NCBI GenBank assembly: GCA_964620475.1
Contig: CAZUJN010000002.1
Span: 33,185-75,773, forward strand
Reading direction: 5' to 3'
DNA: 42,589 bases
From: an uncultured Candidatus Saccharibacteria bacterium
GTDB lineage: Bacteria > Patescibacteriota > Minisyncoccia > Phycocordibacterales > CAIZLB01
Shown here: one piece after another, positions 18,838 to 27,313 of the stretch
Numbering within the stretch: position 1 is the stretch's first letter
Layout of the letters: every line of letters begins with the position of its first letter
Position numbers and translations under genes: made by a program
Notes under the pieces: generated by a model
The model's input: only the letters and a program-made list of their open reading frames with translations
Database searches by the model: none
Told to the model about the DNA's origin: nothing

Positions 18838-19575
18838 TTATTCCCAAACCTTATCCATAACAATAGATGCGACTTTCTTATTTCTCTCTATATCAACATC
18901 ATATTTAGAATCTTTTTTTAATTCATTTAAAACATCTTCTATGTGAATAACTTTTCTATATTTGACTTCTATCGTAGGTCTCTGAAAAGTAAACACTTTA
19001 AACCAATTTATATTTCTAAGGCCTCTAAGTTGTACAGGTACAATATCTGTTTTTGTGTACTCAGCAAGAAAACCAATACCTCCTTTTGCTTCACCGGGTC
19101 TAAAAGTTTCCATACCCATCTTACCCTCTGGAAAAACACATACCGATTTTCCATGCTCTAATAATTCGATATGATTAATAAGAGATGCTTGATAATCTCT
19201 CATACCAAGATAAGCTGGATAAGCTCCTAATATCTTAAAAAATTTTCCACCATAAAAATATTTACGCCAACCAAATTTTTCATCCTGATAATGCTCTCTT
19301 GTCATCGATACATAATACATTGGCATTATAGGTATGATAAAAGGCAATCCATATCTAACAACAAGTGGATCATATTCACTTATATGATTTGGAGCAAATA
19401 ATATACCTTTTTCTTTTGATCTATAATCTTTCAATAATTCTACAATCTCTTTTTTTCCTTCAACCTTAAACTTAAAGAATAATTTAAGAAAAATTAACAC
19501 AAATATTTGTATTATAAATTGCAAAGATATTTGCAAATACTCTATATTTTGATGTTTACTACTTCCTATACTCAT
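18838..19575 (-). CDS. Lysophospholipid/1-acyl-G3P acyltransferase (PlsC family)
   Basis: NHISEYD (HX4D), VCVFPEG, GIGFLA..T..DIVPV and an N-terminal hydrophobic helix. Confidence 0.88.
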   Translation of the reverse strand: MSIGSSKHQNIEYLQISLQFIIQIFVLIFLKLFFKFKVEGKKEIVELLKDYRSKEKGILFAPNHISEYDPLVVRYGLPFIIPIMPMYYVSMTREHYQDEKFGWRKYFYGGKFFKILGAYPAYLGMRDYQASLINHIELLEHGKSVCVFPEGKMGMETFRPGEAKGGIGFLAEYTKTDIVPVQLRGLRNINWFKVFTFQRPTIEVKYRKVIHIEDVLNELKKDSKYDVDIERNKKVASIVMDKVWE

Positions 19576-19584
19576 GTTGTAATA

Positions 19585-22224
19585 TTATAACACCTTCTTC
19601 AAATATTGTCCAGTATAACTGTTTTTATTGTTAGCCACCTCCTCTGGAGTACCTTTAGCTATAAGATCTCCACCCTTATCCCCTCCTTCTGGACCAATAT
19701 CCAATATATAGTCAGCACACTTTATCAAATCCATATTATGCTCTATAACTATAACTGTATTACCAGCTTGAACAAGACGTTGAAGTATCTCTATTAACTT
19801 TCTAACATCATGATAATGTAAACCGACAGTAGGCTCATCTAATATGTATATAGTTTTTTGAACATGCGGTTTATATAACTCTGAAGCAATCTTTACTCTC
19901 TGGGCTTCACCACCTGAAAGGGTTGTTGCTGATTGACCAAGCTCAAGATAACCAAGACCTACTTCTTGTAATGTCTTAACCCTATCATATACACCAGGCA
20001 TATCTTCGAAAAATGTCACGGCATCATCAACTGTCATAGTTAAGATATCATGTATATTTTTATTTTTATATAATATCTCTAAAGTTTCTTTCATGAATCT
20101 TTTTCCGCCACAAACATCACAAGTAACATATACTGTTGGTAAAAAATGCATTTCAACCTCTATAGAACCATTACCCTGACAGTTCTCACAACGACCACCC
20201 TTAACATTGAAAGAAAATCTTCCTGGACCCCACGCTCTGGCTTTAGCCTCTATAGTCTCAGCAAATAAATCACGTATATGAGTGAAAGCGCCTGTATAGG
20301 TTGCAGGGTTTGATCTAGGTGTACGACCTATAGGTGATTGATCTATAAGTATAGTTCTTCCTACGTATTCTGTACCGCTAAAAGAAGTACAATTATAAAT
20401 CTGACTTGTTCTATGTTCTCTATCAAGTTTTCCTAAAAGATTTTTATATAAAATTTCATAAACAAAAGAAGATTTTCCAGATCCTGATACACCTGTAACA
20501 CAAACTAGTCTTCCTAGCGGTATTTCTACATTTAGGTTTTTTATATTATTAACCTTACCTCCAGCTATTTTTATAAAACCTTTATTTGTATCCCTTCTAT
20601 TTTTAGGAACCTCAACTTCATGAGCGCCACGAAGATAATCAAGAGTTAATGAACCGGTAAAAGATTCTGAGTCAGAATGTTTTTTGTTTATAGGTAAAGA
20701 TTTTATGGGATCACGTAAAAGTTTATCTAAATAACCTTGTACAACAACATTACCACCTTTTACACCCGCACCTGGACCTATATCAACAAGATAGTCAGCT
20801 GATAATATGGTATCTTCATCATGTTCTACAACTATAACAGTGTTACCCATCTCTTTAAGTTGTAACAATGTTTTTATCAATCTATCATTATCTCTTTGAT
20901 GTAAACCTATAGTTGGTTCATCTAAAACATACATAGCGCCAACAAGACCTGAACCTAGCTGTGAAGCTAGGCGTATACGTTGTGATTCGCCACCTGAAAG
21001 CGTATGTGCACGACGATTTAATTGTAGATAATCTAAACCAACTTCTTGCATGAATTCTAGACGAGATAATATCTCTTTTACTATCACCGCCGATATCTCT
21101 CTGTCTATATCAGACATTTCCATACCCAAAACATAATCTATAGCTTCATTTATAGTCATGTTGGTAAAATCTATAATATTTTTCTTACCTGACAGAAAAA
21201 CCTTTAACGCCTCAGGTCTAAGTCTAGCACCTTGGCAAACTTTACATATTCTGTTCACAAAAAAACTATCTGTTCCTAAACCATTACACTCCGGACAAGC
21301 ACCGTAAGGAGAGTTGAAAGAAAATAATCTAGGCTCTATTTCAGGAAATGAAAAACCATCATATGGACACATAAATTTTGAAGATATAAGATGCTCTTCT
21401 TTATCTGTATATATACGAAGTAAACCCTCAGCTTCACGAAGAGCTCTCTCTATTGCATCATTTAATCTTTCTTTAAATGATTGTGAAGGTTCATTTATCT
21501 CTGATATATAAAATTGATCAATCAATATATCAATATCGTGTTTTTTTGTTTTTGTTAATTCTATCTTTTCACGAAGTTTATGTGTCTTTCCATCTATTCT
21601 AACCTCTTCAAAGCCTTTACCTAGATAATCATATAACATCTGATAATATTCACCCTTACGACCTATAACAACAGGAGCATATATTTTGAATATCTCTGAA
21701 TCTACCTCCACACCCATTATTTCTTTTTTACCCTTTAAGTCTTTTTTATTTATAGACTTAACTATATTATGTATAGTATCAACTATCTCCTCTTTAGAAA
21801 GTCTCTTTATCTCTCTGTCACAAGTTAGACAATGAGGTTTACCAACACGTGCATACAAAACACGAAGATAATCATATATCTCTGTTATAGTTGCAACCGT
21901 TGAACGTGGATTATTTGATCTTGATTTTTGATCAATAGATATAGCTGGAGATAAGCCTGTTATCTCATCTACATCTGGTTTCTGCATTTGCCTTAGAAAT
22001 TGTCTAGCATATGATGACAAAGATTCAACATATCTTCTTTGCCCTTCAGCAAAGATAGTATCAAAAGCCAAAGATGATTTACCACTACCTGATAAACCAG
22101 AAATAACAGTCATTTGACCACGAGGAATAGACACATCTATATTTTTAAGATTATGTGTTCTGGCACCTTTTACATGTATCATGTCTAGGTCCATTTTTGA
22201 GTCTTTTTTATCGGACTTTTTCAT
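19585..22224 (-). CDS. uvrA: Excinuclease ABC subunit A
   Basis: GARTHNLKNID, two Walker A motifs (GLSGSGKSS, GVSGSGKSS), LSGGESQR/LSGGEAQR and zinc-finger CxxC pairs. Confidence 0.98.
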   Translation of the reverse strand: MKKSDKKDSKMDLDMIHVKGARTHNLKNIDVSIPRGQMTVISGLSGSGKSSLAFDTIFAEGQRRYVESLSSYARQFLRQMQKPDVDEITGLSPAISIDQKSRSNNPRSTVATITEIYDYLRVLYARVGKPHCLTCDREIKRLSKEEIVDTIHNIVKSINKKDLKGKKEIMGVEVDSEIFKIYAPVVIGRKGEYYQMLYDYLGKGFEEVRIDGKTHKLREKIELTKTKKHDIDILIDQFYISEINEPSQSFKERLNDAIERALREAEGLLRIYTDKEEHLISSKFMCPYDGFSFPEIEPRLFSFNSPYGACPECNGLGTDSFFVNRICKVCQGARLRPEALKVFLSGKKNIIDFTNMTINEAIDYVLGMEMSDIDREISAVIVKEILSRLEFMQEVGLDYLQLNRRAHTLSGGESQRIRLASQLGSGLVGAMYVLDEPTIGLHQRDNDRLIKTLLQLKEMGNTVIVVEHDEDTILSADYLVDIGPGAGVKGGNVVVQGYLDKLLRDPIKSLPINKKHSDSESFTGSLTLDYLRGAHEVEVPKNRRDTNKGFIKIAGGKVNNIKNLNVEIPLGRLVCVTGVSGSGKSSFVYEILYKNLLGKLDREHRTSQIYNCTSFSGTEYVGRTILIDQSPIGRTPRSNPATYTGAFTHIRDLFAETIEAKARAWGPGRFSFNVKGGRCENCQGNGSIEVEMHFLPTVYVTCDVCGGKRFMKETLEILYKNKNIHDILTMTVDDAVTFFEDMPGVYDRVKTLQEVGLGYLELGQSATTLSGGEAQRVKIASELYKPHVQKTIYILDEPTVGLHYHDVRKLIEILQRLVQAGNTVIVIEHNMDLIKCADYILDIGPEGGDKGGDLIAKGTPEEVANNKNSYTGQYLKKVL

Positions 22225-22261
22225 AGCATAAATATATCATAAATCTACAGATAAAAAAGGT

Positions 22262-22328
22262 ATAAAAAAAAGACCGTCTCCTTGGGTAAGGATCCGGTCT
22301 GGGTTGGCGACGGTGGTTAAGTCCGTCG
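22262..22328 (-). terminator. Double hairpin/terminator of unit 3
   Basis: Minus strand: CGACGG-N9-CCGTCG, then AGACCG-ga-TCCTT-accc-AAGGA-ga-CGGTCT and T8. Confidence 0.8.
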
Positions 22329-23057
22329 TTAGTGATGATGTTCGCGGGCAGGCATACGCCTCGTCTTGGTCTTACCGCCAGAAGACAGGTCACCCTGTTT
22401 TTGACGACGGAAAAAAGTCGTGATGCGTCCGCTGATTTCACCAGAGACTTCATCAACAGACCTCATGCCGTCAATCTCGTAGATCTTGACTCCGAGTTGT
22501 TTGATGACGGAAAGAGTACGTCGACGCTTGGTCGCCCAAGCGTGCCAACGAGCCTTAACCGTCTCAGGATCGAAATCATCAAGGCGCCCTTCGATTTTCG
22601 CACGGTATTCGGCTCTGTAGAGTGCTTCTTCAAGCGTGATACCGATATCGAATCCCATAGCGCGACCTGGTTGTGCGATGAAACTGTTCAGCTCCCTGCC
22701 TTGATCATAATCCCGCGGGATACCATCAAGACAAACCGTCGAACCTGGAAAAATCTCAGTCTCGCTGACAAATTCACGGACAAGACCCATGACCACAGGG
22801 TGCGGTAGATATCCGCCGCGAGCCATGGTCGGACCATGAGTCTGGGCGAAGTGTTCATCATCCTCGCACTTGAGACGTGCTTGAGTTCCCGTGCTCAAAT
22901 GAACGTTAGCATGCCGTTTGGCTTGAGTACCCTTTCCAGAGAGAGGGTGGCCCAAAAACAAGACAACATTGATATCCATTCCCGGACGATTAAGAATATG
23001 CGATCTAGACATGATACAGTGGGTGTTGGTTTGAATGTGTGCATGCACCAGCTCCAT
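22329..23057 (-). CDS. Divergent adenylate/NMP kinase-family protein (GC-rich unit 3)
   Basis: LFLGHPLSGKGTQA P-loop, HLSTG, LDGIPR..DQ, R...GRLDD...V..R (short LID) and EIDG.RSVDEV. About 50-57% GC in sampled lines. Confidence 0.82.
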   Translation of the reverse strand: MELVHAHIQTNTHCIMSRSHILNRPGMDINVVLFLGHPLSGKGTQAKRHANVHLSTGTQARLKCEDDEHFAQTHGPTMARGGYLPHPVVMGLVREFVSETEIFPGSTVCLDGIPRDYDQGRELNSFIAQPGRAMGFDIGITLEEALYRAEYRAKIEGRLDDFDPETVKARWHAWATKRRRTLSVIKQLGVKIYEIDGMRSVDEVSGEISGRITTFFRRQKQGDLSSGGKTKTRRMPAREHHH

Positions 23058-23075
23058 TGCTGACACATAAAAAAT

Positions 23076-23104
23076 ATCATACATAAAAAAACACCTTACG
23101 TCAA
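23076..23104 (-). promoter_or_regulatory. Promoter of unit 3
   Basis: TTGACG(23104-23099)-N17-TATGAT(23081-23076), just after the uvrB stop. Confidence 0.8.
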
Positions 23105-23111
23105 ATATAAT

Positions 23112-25154
23112 CTATAAGTCCTCAAGTATATTATTTATTGCCTTTATCTCATCTCTGAGTATTGCAGCAGTTTCAAAATCAAGCTCTTTCACAGCATTAT
23201 TCATCTCATTTTCTTTCCTTTTTAATATAATCTTAACATCTTTTTTCTTTAAAGATTTTATATTGTCAATATCAATGTCAAGAGATAACATTTTCTTCAC
23301 AGTCTTTTCATGATTTGATTCTATGGATGCTGTAATATCATGAATATTCTTTTTAATTGATTGAGGTGTGATATTATTTTTCTTATTATATTCTTCTTGT
23401 ATCTTTCTTCTTCTATTAGTCTCGTCTATGGCATAGCGTAAAGAATCAGTCATATTATCAGCATATAATATAACTCTACCATTTAGATTACGAGCTGCAC
23501 GGCCTATTGTTTGTATTAAAGCTGTACGTGATCTTAGAAAGCCTTCTTTATCAGCATCTAATATACCTATCAAAGATACTTCGGGTAGATCCAAACCTTC
23601 ACGAAGTAAGTTAACACCGACCAACACATCAAAATCACCTTTTCTTAATTCTGTTAATATTTGTATTCTCTCAAGTGTCTCGACATCACTATGCAAATAT
23701 CTTGTTTTTATTTTCTTTTCTTTCAAAAATTCTGATAAATCTTCAGCCATCTTTTTTGTTAAAGTCGTAGCTAAAGCCCTTTCACCTCTTTTTACAACCT
23801 GTTCAACTTCATTTATAAAATCATATATTTGCCCAACATATTCTTTATCAGCCACTACCGGTTTTACTACAAGTTGTGGATCCAATAATCCTGTTGGTCT
23901 AATAATCTGTTCTATTATATGTTCTTTCTTACAATGCTCATATTCATATTTTCCTGGAGTAGCTGAAACATATATAGATTGACCGACTTTTGATTCAAAT
24001 TCTTCAAAACGAAGAGGTCTATTATCTGCAGCTGAAGGTAATCTAAAACCAAAATCAATAAGATTTTTCTTTCTTGATTGATCGCCTGCATACATACCAC
24101 CTATTTGAGGTATTGTAACATGTGATTCATCTATCACTGTTAAAAAATCATCAGGAAAATAAGAAATTAATGTATCAGGTGCCTCACCCTCTGCTTTACC
24201 AGAAAAATGTCTAGAGTAATTTTCTATACCATTACAATAACCGACTTCTCTGATTAAGGACAAATCATAAGTCGTTCTTCTTTTTAATCTCTGATACTCT
24301 ATCTGCTTATCTTCTTTTTCTAATTGTTTTAATCTTTGATCTAATTCTTTTTTTATAGATTCTATAGCTTTAGTTTTAGCTTCGTCAGAAGTCATAAAAT
24401 GTTTTGCTGGAAATATAAAAACTGATTCAACATCATCCTCTAATATGACTCTGGTTATATGATCTATTTTTTCTATAGTCTCCAGAGTATTCATATTAAA
24501 AATCAATCTATACACAACTCTTTCATGTATTGGCATAATCTCTATATTATTACCAGTCATACGAAATTGTCCCTGACCAAGATCCGCTAAAGTCCTAGAA
24601 AATTGCATTTGTATTAATTTTTTAGCAATCTCATTTCTATCATATTTCTCACCCTTTTTTATATGAAAATTTGTATCTAAATATTCTTTAGGTGAACCTA
24701 AACCATATATACAAGATACTGAAGCTACTATTATTACATCATTTCTTGTTAATAAGGCCTGAGTTGAGGCATGACGAAGTCTATCTATCTCTTCATTAAT
24801 CTGTGCTTCTTTCTCTATATATGTATCACTATGAGAAATATATGCCTCAGGTTGATAATAATCATAATATGATACAAAATAGTGCACAGCATTTTCAGGA
24901 AAAAATTCCTTAAACTCCTGAGCAAGCTGAGCAGCTAAAGTTTTATTATGAGCTATAACTAGAGTTGGTTTTTGAACCTGATTTATAACATTGGCAATAG
25001 TAAAAGTCTTACCTGTACCCGTAGCACCAAGTAATGTTTGATGATGTTCCCCTGATTTTAAACCCTTAACCAAAGATTTTATTGCCTCAGGTTGATCACC
25101 ACGAGGTTCATAATCAGAAATCAATTTAAATTTTCTATTATTTTCCTTGCTCAT
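23112..25154 (-). CDS. uvrB: Excinuclease ABC subunit B
   Basis: GDQPEAI, LLGATGTGKT, AHNKTLAAQL, YFVSYYDYYQPEAY, VIDESH and NLLREGLDLPEV. Start trimmed to MSKENN at 25154. Confidence 0.98.
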   Translation of the reverse strand: MSKENNRKFKLISDYEPRGDQPEAIKSLVKGLKSGEHHQTLLGATGTGKTFTIANVINQVQKPTLVIAHNKTLAAQLAQEFKEFFPENAVHYFVSYYDYYQPEAYISHSDTYIEKEAQINEEIDRLRHASTQALLTRNDVIIVASVSCIYGLGSPKEYLDTNFHIKKGEKYDRNEIAKKLIQMQFSRTLADLGQGQFRMTGNNIEIMPIHERVVYRLIFNMNTLETIEKIDHITRVILEDDVESVFIFPAKHFMTSDEAKTKAIESIKKELDQRLKQLEKEDKQIEYQRLKRRTTYDLSLIREVGYCNGIENYSRHFSGKAEGEAPDTLISYFPDDFLTVIDESHVTIPQIGGMYAGDQSRKKNLIDFGFRLPSAADNRPLRFEEFESKVGQSIYVSATPGKYEYEHCKKEHIIEQIIRPTGLLDPQLVVKPVVADKEYVGQIYDFINEVEQVVKRGERALATTLTKKMAEDLSEFLKEKKIKTRYLHSDVETLERIQILTELRKGDFDVLVGVNLLREGLDLPEVSLIGILDADKEGFLRSRTALIQTIGRAARNLNGRVILYADNMTDSLRYAIDETNRRRKIQEEYNKKNNITPQSIKKNIHDITASIESNHEKTVKKMLSLDIDIDNIKSLKKKDVKIILKRKENEMNNAVKELDFETAAILRDEIKAINNILEDL

Positions 25155-25776
25155 GTTTTTTGTGTTTTCTAAATTTAAAATAATATAATGCCACAAAAAC
25201 CAAAATAATCAAAGTTAATAATATACTTATATCAGAGACCCATTTTTCTATCTCTTTAAAATATGTACCAAAATAATAACCTACTATTATATACAATGAA
25301 GACCACACAAAAGCAGATAATATATCATAAAACATAAACTTAGAAATATTCATTTTGATGCTTCCGGCTATTAATGGAACTATAGGTCTTATTGGACCAA
25401 CAAAACGACCTATGAATATACTTTTAAAACCATGATTTGAGAAGAACTTGTGACCTTCTTCTATATGAGAATGCTGTAGTAATTTTTTGTGTTTTAATAA
25501 AAAATTTGATCCATATTTACCTAACATATAAGCAAGTAAATCACCAACAACTGAACCTATGGTAGCAGCAAGTATCAAGAGAGATATATGAACATCTAAC
25601 CTTGATGCAGAAAATCCAAAGAATAAGAAAAATAGTGTTCCAGGTGTTAAGGTCCCTATAAATGGTGTTGATTCCAACACAGCAGATAAGAAAACCAATA
25701 TCGGAAAATAAGCTACCAAAAAATTAGCATGAGTATTTAAATATAATATAAACAAATCTATATATGGAGATAACAT
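25138..25776 (-). CDS. dedA: DedA family membrane protein
   Basis: LES...G.LTPG, GSVVGDLLAYMLG, IFIGRFVGPIR..VPLIAG and F...DILSAFVW. Confidence 0.92.
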   Translation of the reverse strand: MLSPYIDLFILYLNTHANFLVAYFPILVFLSAVLESTPFIGTLTPGTLFFLFFGFSASRLDVHISLLILAATIGSVVGDLLAYMLGKYGSNFLLKHKKLLQHSHIEEGHKFFSNHGFKSIFIGRFVGPIRPIVPLIAGSIKMNISKFMFYDILSAFVWSSLYIIVGYYFGTYFKEIEKWVSDISILLTLIILVFVALYYFKFRKHKKHEQGK

Positions 25777-25782
25777 AATTTT

Positions 25783-26457
25783 CTATTTTTTTATAATTAT
25801 AACAAATTCGCCCTTAACTTTTGAAGGATTATTAACATAGAAATCTAATATATTTTTAACATTGTCAGCTTTTATATCTTCATACATCTTAGTCAATTCC
25901 CTGCCCACGACAATAAACTGTTCTGGGTTTATGTTAATTATCTCTTCTAATAATTTTATAAATCTATGCACAGACTCATATAAGACAATATTTGTATCGG
26001 TTTTTAATAACTCAGTCAATATCTTTTGTCTACCTTTTTTATGTGGCAAAAAACCATAAAACATAAAAGGTGTCTCTCTTATTCCAGAGACGGATATCAA
26101 TGCTGTAATAGCTGATACGCCTGGTATAGGTATAATCTCTATATCATTATCTCGGCATGCTTTAACTAAAACCGCTCCTGGATCAGATATGCCAGGACTT
26201 CCAGCGTCGGACACATAGGCAATATCTTTACCCTCATTCAATATATCTATACAATATTTTATATTTTTATCTGTAGCAAATTCATTTATAGATATAAGCT
26301 GTTTTTTAGATATCTTTAACAAAGACAATAATTTAGATGCAACCCTAGTATCTTCTGCGGCTATTATATCAACTTGATTCAATGTCGATACGGCACGAAT
26401 AGTTATATCGTCTTTATTTCCTATAGGTGTTGCTACTATATATAATTTTCCTTTCAT
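25783..26457 (-). CDS. rsmI: 16S rRNA (cytidine1402-2'-O)-methyltransferase
   Basis: LYIVATPIGN.DDIT.RA, AAEDTR, SDAGSPGISDPG, YESVHR and RELTK.YE. Confidence 0.97.
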   Translation of the reverse strand: MKGKLYIVATPIGNKDDITIRAVSTLNQVDIIAAEDTRVASKLLSLLKISKKQLISINEFATDKNIKYCIDILNEGKDIAYVSDAGSPGISDPGAVLVKACRDNDIEIIPIPGVSAITALISVSGIRETPFMFYGFLPHKKGRQKILTELLKTDTNIVLYESVHRFIKLLEEIININPEQFIVVGRELTKMYEDIKADNVKNILDFYVNNPSKVKGEFVIIIKK

Positions 26458-26461
26458 ATAA

Positions 26462-27265
26462 TTAATATTCTACGTCTATACTAGTAAATCCATCTCTGGT
26501 AACAATGACATGATCCAATAAAGCTATACCTAAAACCTTACCAGCTTCTATAATCTGTTTAGTTATAAATTTATCTGATTCACTTGGTGTTGATACACCA
26601 GAAGGATGATTATGTACTAATATAAAAGCGGCAGCACCGTATTCTATGGCTGGTTTAAAGACCTCACGAGGGTGAACTATACTGCTGTTTATAGTACCTA
26701 TAGATAAAACCTCATCATGTATAACTTTATTATGAGTGTCCAGATAAAGACCTCTCAAATGTTCTTTTGATAGAGAGTGCATATCTTTAGTATGATCATA
26801 TACATCATCGGCAGTTCTGATTGTTTTTAAGCCATTTATGTTTTTATCAAACAGTCTCTTACCAAGCTCTCCGCAAGCTATAATCTGACAAGTCTTAATA
26901 AGAGGTATACCAAGATCTTTAGAAATCTTCTCTATATCGGAACCTGTATCTGAGAATATACTTTTACCATATTCTTTAAGAACACGAGAGGCCATAGACA
27001 ATACATCTTCCTTCTTGGTTCCAGTGATTAAGACAACTGACAGTAATTCAGATAAATTCAAAGATTTAGGACCAAAAGCCAATAGTTTTTCTCTAGGTTG
27101 ATCATGGGTTGGTAAGTCCTTCACCTTCAAAACATAATGTTTAAGGTTTTTATCAGAATAAGATATACCTTTATCTATAAATATCAAATCACCGTTTTCT
27201 ACTTTAGCATACGGTGATTTGATGAGTTTATTATCTTGTTTAGTTTTTATTTTTTTTGTTGACAC
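26462..27265 (-). CDS. radC: RadC/JAB (MPN) domain protein
   Basis: PREKLL..G...L..SELL, SIGTINSSIVHPREVF and HNHPSG...PS.SD...LLDHVIV. A GTG start at 27265 is proposed, with TATAAT 6 nt upstream. Confidence 0.92.
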   Translation of the reverse strand: MSTKKIKTKQDNKLIKSPYAKVENGDLIFIDKGISYSDKNLKHYVLKVKDLPTHDQPREKLLAFGPKSLNLSELLSVVLITGTKKEDVLSMASRVLKEYGKSIFSDTGSDIEKISKDLGIPLIKTCQIIACGELGKRLFDKNINGLKTIRTADDVYDHTKDMHSLSKEHLRGLYLDTHNKVIHDEVLSIGTINSSIVHPREVFKPAIEYGAAAFILVHNHPSGVSTPSESDKFITKQIIEAGKVLGIALLDHVIVTRDGFTSIDVEY

Positions 27266-27313
27266 AAGTGTATTATAACACACCTGTATTTTCATAAAAA
27301 TTGACTGTATTGA

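Noticed and set aside
22332-23080. 158-aa antisense ORF and other small ORFs over the NMP-kinase gene
   Set aside because: They are antisense shadows of a gene with clear kinase motifs, with no independent promoter, terminator or motifs.
22225-23090. Similar TATGATAT.TTT..ATG sequence on both sides of unit 3 as a target-site duplication
   Set aside because: The similarity is explained by two independent -10 boxes in AT-rich DNA, and the match is imperfect.
19585-27300. LexA/SOS boxes upstream of uvrA, uvrB and radC
   Set aside because: No CTGT-N8-ACAG or GAAC-N4-GTTC palindrome was found at these promoters by eye.
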